Virus record (IMG/VR): IMGVR_UViG_3300010397_000010
Location: 1-61,825 of that record
DNA length: 61,825 bases
DNA from: a virus
Taxonomy: Duplodnaviria; Caudoviricetes
Strand: one strand, 5' to 3'
Made by a program: the position numbers and the translations under genes. Of the stretch, positions 8,265 through 17,400 are shown in pieces. Positions within the stretch are counted from its first letter, which is position 1. Each line of letters begins with the position of its first letter. The notes beneath the pieces were generated by a model. That model was given only the letters and a program-made list of their open reading frames with translations. It was not told the origin of the DNA and did no database searches.

Positions 8265-9371
8265 ATGCGCCGATATTGCCCCATCTGTGAATCCGGCTGG
8301 AGAGATACTCTCCATCAATTCGACTACTCCACCGGAGAGAGACAGATTCTCTCTTCCTGTAATCAATGTGGAATGGTTTATGCAAGCGAGACTCCTTCCG
8401 CAGATTATGGGAACCAGTCCAAGTATGCTTCCCCCGGCGCGAGTGGATCGGGGGAGAATGCCCAGGAGCTTAAGCGGCTAGATGAGCTGGTGACCATCCT
8501 CAGCGCCCACGTTCTGGATGAGCGCGCAAGGATTCTCGATATCGGCTGCGCCCGAGGGGGGTTGCTGCAAGCGCTCCGAAGGGCGGGCTTCGTTAATGCA
8601 GAAGGAATCGATCCCTCTAGGGGATGTGTGGAAGCGTGTCGAGTGAAGAGATTGATTGCTCATCAAGCGGACTTTACCGACCTAAATTCGATGAAGAATA
8701 AATGGGATTGCATAATCCTCTCCCATGTCCTAGAGCATGTGGAGGATGTGAAAGGAGCGCTTGAGAGCATTCATGAGGCGCTCGCGCCGGAAGGGATTCT
8801 GTATGTGGAGACTCCGAATGCTCTCCGATACTCGGCCAATGTCCCTTTCATGGAGACTAATCGAGAGCATATCAATCACTTTGATCTTGGACATTTAATG
8901 AAGGTTATTGATGAAATGGGATTCTCGGTCGAGAGTTGTGGGAGAAGAGATTTTGTTAGATTCCAAACTCCCATTCCCTCGATCTATGTGATCGCCAGTC
9001 GGACGGGGGATTGCCTTTCCGCCTCAGTGAGTAGATATCTTGAGGACTCAGAGGAGGAGTTGATAAAGCTAGAGAGATCGCTAAGGGAGGATCTAGAAGA
9101 GGTAAAGGAGATCGTGTTGTGGGGCTTTGGGGAATTTGCGCAGACTCTATTGAGGACGAAGATTCTCCAACAAATAAAGATTATCCAGATAATCGATTCG
9201 GATAAGGGAAAACATGGAGATAGGGTCGGGGGATTGATTGTCGAGTCCCCCGAGGGATTGTCGGATGGCCTTCCGATATTGATTGGATCAATCGTCAATC
9301 GAGAGAACATTCTTAGGGATATTCAGAAGATGAAGTTGAAAAATAGAGTGATTATGATTGGAGAATCATAA
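8265..9371 (+). CDS. Class I SAM methyltransferase with NDP-sugar C-methyltransferase-like architecture
   Basis: N-terminal CPIC...CNQCG Zn domain; ILDIGCARG; SHVLEHV; EHINHF; C-terminal WGFGE...IIDSDKGKHG Rossmann-like domain. Confidence 0.85.
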   Translation: MRRYCPICESGWRDTLHQFDYSTGERQILSSCNQCGMVYASETPSADYGNQSKYASPGASGSGENAQELKRLDELVTILSAHVLDERARILDIGCARGGLLQALRRAGFVNAEGIDPSRGCVEACRVKRLIAHQADFTDLNSMKNKWDCIILSHVLEHVEDVKGALESIHEALAPEGILYVETPNALRYSANVPFMETNREHINHFDLGHLMKVIDEMGFSVESCGRRDFVRFQTPIPSIYVIASRTGDCLSASVSRYLEDSEEELIKLERSLREDLEEVKEIVLWGFGEFAQTLLRTKILQQIKIIQIIDSDKGKHGDRVGGLIVESPEGLSDGLPILIGSIVNRENILRDIQKMKLKNRVIMIGES

Positions 9372-9850
9372 TGAGCGCAAACGACCCATACTTCGGAAAA
9401 CGATATAAATGGCTCGTTGATGCAATAAAGAGCCATAAATCCGATAAGTGTTTACTTTGGCCCTTTACTCTGCGTAAAAATGGATATGGGCGAGTTAGAA
9501 TTCCATCCGGCCCTATCGTGGCTACGCATCGGTTGGCATATAAACTCGCAAAAGGTCGCTGGCCTATTCCATGCGCTTTGCCTACTTGCGACGTGCCAAG
9601 ATGTGTAAATCCAAAACACATAAAAGCGGGTACTAACTCCGAAAATACCAAAGATAGAGAGCGCAAAGGAAGAGGAGCGAAAGGGGAGAGAATTCACGGA
9701 GCTAAGTTAACTCCAGACTTGGTGCGAATAATAAGGAAAGAATACAAGCCATGCGAAAACGGATTTAAAAAGGTTGCCGACAAATATGGAGTTTCTTGGA
9801 TGGCTATTTATTACATCATCAATGGAAAAAACTGGAGGCATGTGAAATGA
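9371..9850 (+). CDS. HNH homing endonuclease
   Basis: CLLWPF, GYGR, THRLAY, CDVPRCVNPKHI, N..D; C-terminal HTH; AT-richer than flanks. Confidence 0.85.
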   Translation: MSANDPYFGKRYKWLVDAIKSHKSDKCLLWPFTLRKNGYGRVRIPSGPIVATHRLAYKLAKGRWPIPCALPTCDVPRCVNPKHIKAGTNSENTKDRERKGRGAKGERIHGAKLTPDLVRIIRKEYKPCENGFKKVADKYGVSWMAIYYIINGKNWRHVK

Positions 9851-10608
9851 GGCATCCAGTTTTGCTCACCATGTACAACAGAACGCCAAGCCAGCTCGAA
9901 CTATCCAAGCTCGCCCTCCAAAGTGTGCTTAATCAGGATTTGGAGGGAATGGAGCTAACGATTATCAATAATGGCTCAACAGACTCCACAAGGGAATGGT
10001 TAAGTAATTTACAGGAAGATGGCGAAGATTTTACAGTAAGAACTTATGAAAAAAATCAGCACATTCTGAAGTTGATGAATGACCAGTTAAAGGATGTCTT
10101 TCGCACCTCAGATCATGTCCTGCTGGTGCCGAATGATGTTATTTTGCCTCCCAACGCTTACCGAGAGATGCTGAAGTGGCCGAGAGGATTCGTGAGCGCC
10201 ACCCCAATCGAGCAGGATGAGCCATTCCAGCCTTTAGCGGGAGAGGTGAAGGCGATCTCCGAGAACACTCCATTCTGCGTCATTCTTATCCGAAGGTGGG
10301 CTTATCGGGCGATTGTGGAGCATTCTGGATGCTTCTTCGACGAGTCGTTCGAACACTATGGAAGTGATTGTGATATTGCGCTGAGGATATCTGCTTGCGG
10401 CATAAGGGGAGTTCAACTAGACATTCCTGTTTGGCATTACCGCAGCGCATCATGGAGATTAGCGCCCTCAGGCGAAGGGGAGAAAATGACCTATCGCGCC
10501 GACGTAGATCGCGCTCACTTCCGACGAAGGTATGGATTCGAGGCGGGATCGACGGAGTATGCGGCTGCGGCGAGGGATATTAATTTCCGGGCGGGATATG
10601 GAGAGTAA
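9847..10608 (+). CDS. Glycosyltransferase family 2 (GT-A)
   Basis: LTMYNR, IINNGSTD, PNDV, FDESFEHYGSDCDIALR; ATGA coupling to the HNH gene. Confidence 0.85.
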   Translation: MRHPVLLTMYNRTPSQLELSKLALQSVLNQDLEGMELTIINNGSTDSTREWLSNLQEDGEDFTVRTYEKNQHILKLMNDQLKDVFRTSDHVLLVPNDVILPPNAYREMLKWPRGFVSATPIEQDEPFQPLAGEVKAISENTPFCVILIRRWAYRAIVEHSGCFFDESFEHYGSDCDIALRISACGIRGVQLDIPVWHYRSASWRLAPSGEGEKMTYRADVDRAHFRRRYGFEAGSTEYAAAARDINFRAGYGE

Positions 10609-11772
10609 ATGAGCACCAAACCTTCCCTCTGCGCCGATTCAGGTTGTGCTCTCGCCCACTTAGGAAGCGGATTTACGGAGGTGGAGATTGGCTTACGATA
10701 TGAACAAACAAAATTGCTCATCATCGGAGAAGCAAGCGGAGAATCCGAAGCAAGAGAAAGTCTACCATTTCGCCCCTATGCTCAGTCTGGTTCTCTCCTC
10801 GCGGACGGAATGCGCGAAGTTAATATCTCGCGTTCCGAAGTGGCTATTACGAACATCATCCGCTGCCGACCGCCGAAGGATTACTTAGAGGGGGCGAGTT
10901 ATCAAGAGAACGCAATCTCTCATTGCACCCTTAACTATCTCTACAAGACTATTGATGAGCTAAAGCCGCGAGCTATCCTTGCCTTAGGAGGAACTGCGTA
11001 TCGCGCCTTAGTGGATGCACCAAGGGGGAAATATGGAACACTTGACTACAGTAGGGGATATGTCCAGAGTGGATCGGGAGCGGCTAGTGGAATTCCAGTC
11101 ATTAGTACGTATCATCCCGCTTTCATCCGAAGAGGAGCTGCACACCTTACGCCTCTCCTTCATCGAGACTTACGGAGAGCTTTTCTCCTGGCTACGGGAA
11201 GGCTTAGAGAGGGGATTCATTATGCTCTGGATATTTCCTCTCTAGGGCTTAGGTATCAAACGAGCCCGACTATTGAGGAGGCTTGGGAATATGCCGAGAA
11301 TGTCGATCCTTCCCTCCCTTTAGCTTTCGATATAGAAACACCCCTAAGCACAAGGAGCGATGAAGATGAACGAACCAGTTTTACTGATCGTGATATCAAG
11401 CTGTTCCAATGCACACAGAAACGAGGAGAAGGAATTGCTCTCCCATATAGAGACGAGTATATCGGAGCTATACGGAGAATCCTTTCATCTGCACAAATCA
11501 AAGTCGGCTTTAATAACTGGAACTTCGATGACCCTGTGCTTAGTGCGAACGGAATAGATGTCGGATTGACTGAAGATGCAATGGTGATGTTCCGAATGTA
11601 TTATAGCGACCTCCCAAGTAACCTCCAAGCGGCAGCGCAGATGTGTGGATGGAGTCATCCTTGGAAACATTACTCCGAGTCCGATCTCGCGTGGTATGGA
11701 GTAAGTGATGTGGATGCGACGTTGTGCGTGTATGAGTATATGACTCGATTGCTGGCGGGAGAGCAAATATGA
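10609..11772 (+). CDS. Family-4 uracil-DNA glycosylase fused to PolA 3'-5' exonuclease (N-terminal half of split polymerase)
   Basis: IGEASG, TNIIRCRPP, TYHPAF; ExoI FDIET, ExoII FNNWNFD, ExoIII YGVSDVD. Confidence 0.9.
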   Translation: MSTKPSLCADSGCALAHLGSGFTEVEIGLRYEQTKLLIIGEASGESEARESLPFRPYAQSGSLLADGMREVNISRSEVAITNIIRCRPPKDYLEGASYQENAISHCTLNYLYKTIDELKPRAILALGGTAYRALVDAPRGKYGTLDYSRGYVQSGSGAASGIPVISTYHPAFIRRGAAHLTPLLHRDLRRAFLLATGRLREGIHYALDISSLGLRYQTSPTIEEAWEYAENVDPSLPLAFDIETPLSTRSDEDERTSFTDRDIKLFQCTQKRGEGIALPYRDEYIGAIRRILSSAQIKVGFNNWNFDDPVLSANGIDVGLTEDAMVMFRMYYSDLPSNLQAAAQMCGWSHPWKHYSESDLAWYGVSDVDATLCVYEYMTRLLAGEQI

Positions 11773-12503
11773 TTCCTTCATTTCGGCACATGGGCGGGAA
11801 AGCTAGACTAAGGAAATGGCTGATTTCTCATTTTCCCGCACAAGCGGATATGTATTTAGAGCCTTTTTGCGGCAAAGGGAATGTATACTATGCTGCCTGC
11901 GATAGTTTATTTTGCTTTAATTGGATCTTAGCGGATATAGACGGGAGCTTTTTAACCGCTCTACAAACTGCTAACCTAAATGAGCTGCCCGAAACAGTAG
12001 AAAAGGCTGATTTTTCGTTTTGGCGCAATAGCTCGTCGCCAATAGCAACTCTGATTGAGCCGAGAATTACTTTCGCAGGAAAGGGATATAGATATGGATT
12101 CTCCGGCAGCTCAGGTACTCATGTTGGGTATAACGGAGCGCTGTATAAGAAAGTTTGCGAGCAAGCTAGAACTCTTTTAAAGAATGCTCTAATTATTACG
12201 GGAGATTGGGAAACAACCATCCAATATGCACAAAATGAGGCGTTTGTTTATCTTGATCCCCCTTATTACGCCACTGATGCTTGTTACCCAAACATAGACC
12301 ATTCCACTTTAATTGATTGTTTGAATGCCGCATCGTTCAAGTGGGCATTGAGCGGATATGATAATGAGCTTTACAGATCCAAACTAAAATTTAAGACCTG
12401 CCATAAGTATGAACGTAATTCAGAAATCAAGAGTTCCAACACTGGAATGCGAACGCCAGTTATTGAGTGCTTATGGACAAATTATTCTATCGAGGAAGAA
12501 TAA
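11769..12503 (+). CDS. Dam/DpnM-type (alpha class) DNA adenine methyltransferase
   Basis: GGKARL, YLEPFCGKG, YLDPPYY, ECLWTNY. Confidence 0.9.
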   Translation: MIPSFRHMGGKARLRKWLISHFPAQADMYLEPFCGKGNVYYAACDSLFCFNWILADIDGSFLTALQTANLNELPETVEKADFSFWRNSSSPIATLIEPRITFAGKGYRYGFSGSSGTHVGYNGALYKKVCEQARTLLKNALIITGDWETTIQYAQNEAFVYLDPPYYATDACYPNIDHSTLIDCLNAASFKWALSGYDNELYRSKLKFKTCHKYERNSEIKSSNTGMRTPVIECLWTNYSIEEE

Positions 12504-14203
12504 TGACATCCACAATGCTCATCAGCTATCAAACCTACTTTCGCGATCTCTGGCCTATCCTCCGCGACATGAGCACTAGGGGGATTCCGATTGATGCCGT
12601 AAAGAGGGAAGAGTTGAGGGAGTTAATCGAGCGTGAATCTCTCAGGGTCGATGATGAGATTAGGAAAATGGTTCCCCCCGAAGTGCTTCAGAGGAAGCCT
12701 AAGAATGGTTACAAACTTCCCCCGATCCTAAGCTGCGAAGATTGTGGATGGAAAGGGAGGACGGATCATTTATGCGTCTTTCGAGCGTCATCAGATGATG
12801 CTGAGTTGATGCAGGTTTCATATACCGTATTGGCTGAACTCGCTGGATTAGTCCAAAGAGAAGTCATCATTGAAGGAGATCAGGAGAAATGTCAGTGCCG
12901 CAAGAAGTCAAGAGAATCGTGCCGCGTTTGCTCCGGCACCGGGATTGTGCCTGCGGGCACTGTAGAGCTGAGATGGGCGAGCCCGCTTGCATTCAATCCC
13001 AACTCCCGCCCTCAGGTGATTCGATACATCAAATATCTCGGCCACCCTGTCCCGAAACACGCGAAGAGAACGGATGCTAATGGGGATGCTTCCGATACAA
13101 CAGAGGTGAGAGAGTTAGAGAGATTATTCGCTAAGACTCATCATCCAATTTATCCTCTCTTGATCCAAAAACGGCAGCTCACTAAAATGCTCGGAACTTA
13201 TGTCGATGGCTACCAACCGCATAAGGATGGGAAGTTACATTCGACTTATGGCTATGGAACGGCAACGTGGCAACTCACGTCGAAATCTCCAAATGTCCAG
13301 AACTCTCCTGCGAGGGGAAAGAGTCCATTCCAGAAATCACTCGTCGAGGCGTTCAATCGGATGATGACTTCTTCCGAAGGATGTACATTAGTTAATTTCG
13401 ACTATAAGAGTTTCCACGCCCAAACTACAGCGTGTGAGGCGGGATTACCCGATTACCTTAGGCTAGCGAAGATTGATCTTCATTCATTCACAACATGCCA
13501 TTTCATCAAGCATCCAGATCGGCATGGATTGCTCAAACTGCCTGATAATGAGTTGAAGCAATTCTTTAAGGCTCAAAAGAAAGATGATCGAATTTGGCAG
13601 AATGGGATGACCTTTCTCGACATCAGGAATGGAAAGGCGAAGAGTTGCGGCCTCGCGGTCGGGTTTGGGGCTAGGCATAAGAAGATTTATCAACTCTACA
13701 AAGAAGATTTCGATAGCCAGCATGAAGTGGAGGTGTTATGGAATCTAATTGTGCATGAACTTTTTCCGGGCCTCTACAAGTGGCAAGAATCGATTAAGGA
13801 AAAGGCTGCGGAAGATAAGAGGCTAGTGTCCCGATTTGGGGCAATCCGTCATTTCTTCGACGTTCGTCATTGGGATCGAAAGCAGCAGAAATGGGCCGGA
13901 GGGGAGCAAGCTGAGGCTGCGATTGCGTTCCTTCCTGCTTCGAACGCTTTTGGGATGATCCGCTTCGGGATGCTTGAGATGGAGAAAAAGGGATTGCTTT
14001 CCAAATATCGTCTCATCAACTCTACACATGATTCATTGAAGTTCGACTGTCCGAATGAGCTGGTTCAGGAGTGCATTCAGCAAATCGTCCCTATTGCTCA
14101 AGCTCCATGTCCGATGATGATTTATCCAGGAGTAACGGGGCCGGAGGGATTGAGCGTTGAGGTGGAATCTCAAGTTGGATCATCAAATTTAGATTTACAT
14201 TAA
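12503..14203 (+). CDS. Family A DNA polymerase domain (C-terminal half) with Zn-finger thumb insertion
   Basis: DMSTRGIPID, FNPNSRPQV, PNVQN, motif A FDY, motif B R..AK...FG, motif C HDS; TAATG coupling. Confidence 0.9.
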   Translation: MTSTMLISYQTYFRDLWPILRDMSTRGIPIDAVKREELRELIERESLRVDDEIRKMVPPEVLQRKPKNGYKLPPILSCEDCGWKGRTDHLCVFRASSDDAELMQVSYTVLAELAGLVQREVIIEGDQEKCQCRKKSRESCRVCSGTGIVPAGTVELRWASPLAFNPNSRPQVIRYIKYLGHPVPKHAKRTDANGDASDTTEVRELERLFAKTHHPIYPLLIQKRQLTKMLGTYVDGYQPHKDGKLHSTYGYGTATWQLTSKSPNVQNSPARGKSPFQKSLVEAFNRMMTSSEGCTLVNFDYKSFHAQTTACEAGLPDYLRLAKIDLHSFTTCHFIKHPDRHGLLKLPDNELKQFFKAQKKDDRIWQNGMTFLDIRNGKAKSCGLAVGFGARHKKIYQLYKEDFDSQHEVEVLWNLIVHELFPGLYKWQESIKEKAAEDKRLVSRFGAIRHFFDVRHWDRKQQKWAGGEQAEAAIAFLPASNAFGMIRFGMLEMEKKGLLSKYRLINSTHDSLKFDCPNELVQECIQQIVPIAQAPCPMMIYPGVTGPEGLSVEVESQVGSSNLDLH

Positions 14204-14210
14204 ATAAAAG

Positions 14211-14244
14211 TTGACATCCCTTAGAGGGAATGAGAAGATGTCAA
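14211..14244. promoter_or_regulatory. Inverted TTGACATC...GATGTCAA element, possible promoter/operator
   Basis: 8-bp inverted repeat containing TTGACA; the -10 match is poor. Confidence 0.4.
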
Positions 14245-14287
14245 TAGATTATTTCAAGCACTAACCATAGAAAGGATTAATCATCTG

Positions 14288-14989
14288 ATGCCTGAGCCGA
14301 AGCCGGAGAAGTTGAGAATATCCGCAATCGAGTGTCTAAGTTGTCACCGCATTGGATTAGCGGTCAACGATAAACGAATCACGCCTCACAAGTGCTTTGG
14401 ACAGTGGCACACGGTTATCGAAGCGGAGTACGCAGCGCGGATCGTGGAGGCGATGAACCGGGAACCATTGTTCCGGTGTGGTCTGTACACACTTCACAGT
14501 GGGGATACGTCCGAGTTCAAGATCGACTGTGACGCGCTAACAGATGCCGATCTCAATGTCGTCGCTCACGAATTAAGAAAGCGTCTACCGCCATTCTCTG
14601 CCGTTGTGGGCGTGCCGACCGGAGGAGAACGGATTGCTGAGAAACTGCGGCCCTACGGAAACACGAATGGCGCGAAGATCCTCATTGTAGATGACGTGCT
14701 GACTACTGGCGCTTCGATGGAAGAATGTCGCAACGGGCAGGATGTGATCGGCGCGGTGATCTTCGCACGGGGCAAGTGTCCCGAGTGGGTAACGCCGCTG
14801 TTTCAGATGGAAGCTGAACGAAACCCCGCGCCGCAGCCGGTTGAACTGACGGAGGCCGAAAAGTTGTTTCGGAATAAGGTGCCAAAGTTCTTAACATCAG
14901 AGATTGAATCTGCGAGTTGGCATACGTCGGCTGCGTACATAAACAGGTTGCTCGCCATCATCGACCGTTTAACGAAAGGACGCGGCTAA
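14288..14989 (+). CDS. Mosaic protein with orotate phosphoribosyltransferase-like domain
   Basis: LHSGDTSEFKID, GVPTGG, ILIVDDVLTTGAS PRPP loop. Confidence 0.8.
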   Translation: MPEPKPEKLRISAIECLSCHRIGLAVNDKRITPHKCFGQWHTVIEAEYAARIVEAMNREPLFRCGLYTLHSGDTSEFKIDCDALTDADLNVVAHELRKRLPPFSAVVGVPTGGERIAEKLRPYGNTNGAKILIVDDVLTTGASMEECRNGQDVIGAVIFARGKCPEWVTPLFQMEAERNPAPQPVELTEAEKLFRNKVPKFLTSEIESASWHTSAAYINRLLAIIDRLTKGRG

Positions 14990-15375
14990 TGCCTATTACC
15001 CCCTCAGAGGAAAAGTGGCTTGCCGAGGTGACGGAGCGCGTTCCGGCTGATCGTGACAATGGGCGCGGTGGGCAGTATTTCTATCCCTACTATCGCGGCG
15101 GCGAAGGCGAAGCGTGGAGGGATATCACTGGACTCCTCCAGCTCGTCGCCCGCCTCAAGGATGAGAATGACACTTTGCACGAATTGATTAAGCCCTTGCA
15201 AGAAGCGGCACAAGGCCGCGTCAAACCTCTTGAGTTAGTCGAGGCCGATATGAAGCGTGAGGAGCGCGTGCAGGAGTTGGTGAAGGCAGCGATTGAAAAA
15301 ACCTGGGACATCGAGAATGCTGCTGTGCGCGAAGAGATACAGGATGCGCTGGCGGAACTGGAGAACGAGCAATGA
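14989..15375 (+). CDS. Hypothetical coiled-coil protein
   Basis: TAATG coupling to the upstream gene. Confidence 0.65.
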   Translation: MPITPSEEKWLAEVTERVPADRDNGRGGQYFYPYYRGGEGEAWRDITGLLQLVARLKDENDTLHELIKPLQEAAQGRVKPLELVEADMKREERVQELVKAAIEKTWDIENAAVREEIQDALAELENEQ

Positions 15376-15608
15376 ATCAAGAAATGAAACTCGGAAAGTA
15401 CGGGCATCACCCCGATGCCGCGATTGATGCGGATGTAGAAATCGAGCGACTGAAAGGTCTGCTCGCAGAGGCGCACGGCGGATTGCTGCGTGCGCTGGAT
15501 TACAGAGCGGCCACACCTGAAGGTCTCTCTATCAAGTACGACGTTAGAGATGCGCTCATGCGTACCGGGTGTCCGCCTGAGAAGTGGGGAAGAAGTCGAG
15601 GACTGTGA
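15372..15608 (+). CDS. Hypothetical protein
   Basis: ATGA coupling; YGHHPDAAID motif. Confidence 0.65.
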   Translation: MNQEMKLGKYGHHPDAAIDADVEIERLKGLLAEAHGGLLRALDYRAATPEGLSIKYDVRDALMRTGCPPEKWGRSRGL

Positions 15609-15650
15609 CCTCCTGCTAGGAAGTAGCTGGTGGGAAAAGGAGATTATGGT

Positions 15651-15845
15651 ATGTGCGAATTGTGCGGACTTGATCCGAAGAAGCGCAGAGATCATTGCGA
15701 ACACATGATCGAAAAGCTACACCGACTGGCTGCGCTATACGCCCAAATAGGCTCAGGCCAGCTAAAACCGCACACTGACGACATGAAGCCTGTAGAGGGA
15801 TGCGCTACGGCCATCATCCGGGAGTTGGTCGCGGAATGGCTGTAG
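15651..15845 (+). CDS. Hypothetical protein
   Basis: AAGGAG SD; MCELCG. Confidence 0.6.
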   Translation: MCELCGLDPKKRRDHCEHMIEKLHRLAALYAQIGSGQLKPHTDDMKPVEGCATAIIRELVAEWL

Positions 15846-15873
15846 TGGCGGGTGGGGAAACAAGGAGAGAGCC

Positions 15874-17400
15874 GTGAGCAACTGTAAAGATTGTGATGAC
15901 TGTGCGCGTCATGCGTATTCTGACGCTACCACCCCAGGGTTCTTCTATGACAAATGCGAGAAGCACCGCCTGACTCCCGCTGCCCCGCCCTTCCTTCCAT
16001 CGAAGGGCGATGACTGCAAGCGCGGCTTCGTTATCCAGATCAATCAGCACACTCCCGTACTTGGTGAAGTGAGTCCTGAGGAAGTTCGGGAAGCAGTAGC
16101 AGAAGCCATCGAACAACTAGGGGTGAACATTCAGGAAGAGGTTGATTTCACGCTAGAGGTTAGCCGCATGTACTCAAACGCTCCCTCCCTTCCATCGGGC
16201 AAGCAGGACGAATACCCTGAGTGGATGGACGACGCTATTCTCATTTGCGGCAAGCACGCGGTTGTGTTCACCAAGGAATCCGATGAGTGCTTTGTATGCA
16301 CGAATCGCCAACCATCAGGCAAGCCGACCGAGGAGGAGGCGCGACAACTCGCACAAGCAGCGCGTGAGATGATCCGCGCCCATAACCCCTCAACTTCCGT
16401 TGCACAGACTGACAATCCCGCCGTGCGGCCATGTCCGTTCTGTAATGGCAAGAAAACCGCGATGGCCTGCGATTCCATTAACGGCAAAGGTGAAATGACC
16501 AATCCAAGAGAGGCCGTTTGCATGGTCTGTAAAGGAACCGGAGTAGAGCCACCCGAAGAAGATGGCACTGAGCATGGCACCCCGCTTTCTGTGCGAGAGA
16601 CAGTCGAGAATAAGCTAGTGGAAATACTCCGCACATATATCTACCATGATCGGCCTCGGACAGACCGCTGGATAAAACGGCGCAGCATCTATGATGCGAT
16701 TCTTCGCTTATGTGTCGAACCTGCTACCCACGTCACGGCGCAGCTCCGCGCTGAGAATGAGCAATTGAGGCGCGACTTGTACAAGGCCATCGAAACACAG
16801 AATGCTAACGCCGTAACTGCGTTGCTCGCGGCGAAGGAAGCAGGTTGGAGTGTGGCAAAACAGGAACACCTACTCGAAGGGAATCAAGACGCAGCAACAG
16901 TGATAACGGATCTCCGCGCCAAGCTCGCCACTGTGGAGCGCGATCTCGCAGAGAAAGAGAAGGAGATCAAGCCATTCACATTCATGCCAGAGCGTATCGC
17001 TACTATGCTGGCGTTTTGGGATGACGTATGTTCGCGATCGTTTAATCCAGAAGCATCTGATATGTGCGAGATCGTCCGGCAACTCCAGCACCAACTCTCC
17101 AAGGCCGAGCGTGCCCTCTCTGACCAAATCGCCATCACCGAGCGAGTCCGTTCCGGGAAGAATGATTACAAGGCGCTGGCGCAGCGGCGCGGGGAGGCAC
17201 TGAAACTGATTGTGGATTTAACCAGAGACGATGAATGCGATGAAGAGTGTCCGCATTGTATTGCGCGTGCTGCCCTCTCAGACGACGATGGCTGCGTGGC
17301 TCGGTGCGACCGTCCCGACAGGCACGAAGGGGGTCACGTAGACAGCGTTATTGCCATTGGCTGGCCCTCGCAGCCTTCAGGAGAAGGGAAAGAGAAATGA
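15874..17400 (+). CDS. Mosaic multi-domain accessory protein (Zn fingers and coiled coil)
   Basis: AAGGAG SD; CPFCNG..CMVCKGTG; Ead/Ea22-like mosaic style. Confidence 0.7.
   Translation: MSNCKDCDDCARHAYSDATTPGFFYDKCEKHRLTPAAPPFLPSKGDDCKRGFVIQINQHTPVLGEVSPEEVREAVAEAIEQLGVNIQEEVDFTLEVSRMYSNAPSLPSGKQDEYPEWMDDAILICGKHAVVFTKESDECFVCTNRQPSGKPTEEEARQLAQAAREMIRAHNPSTSVAQTDNPAVRPCPFCNGKKTAMACDSINGKGEMTNPREAVCMVCKGTGVEPPEEDGTEHGTPLSVRETVENKLVEILRTYIYHDRPRTDRWIKRRSIYDAILRLCVEPATHVTAQLRAENEQLRRDLYKAIETQNANAVTALLAAKEAGWSVAKQEHLLEGNQDAATVITDLRAKLATVERDLAEKEKEIKPFTFMPERIATMLAFWDDVCSRSFNPEASDMCEIVRQLQHQLSKAERALSDQIAITERVRSGKNDYKALAQRRGEALKLIVDLTRDDECDEECPHCIARAALSDDDGCVARCDRPDRHEGGHVDSVIAIGWPSQPSGEGKEK

Noticed and set aside
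11769-12503. MTase as intron- or intein-borne insert
   Set aside because: No non-coding flanks for a group I/II core and no intein termini; simple stop/start overlaps
12503-14203. Z-genome (2-aminoadenine) system
   Set aside because: No PurZ, DatZ or MazZ-like gene recognised despite partial polymerase resemblance
15090-17138. Long antisense ORFs (e.g. 15090-15704, 16131-16634)
   Set aside because: Shadow frames of well-supported + strand genes
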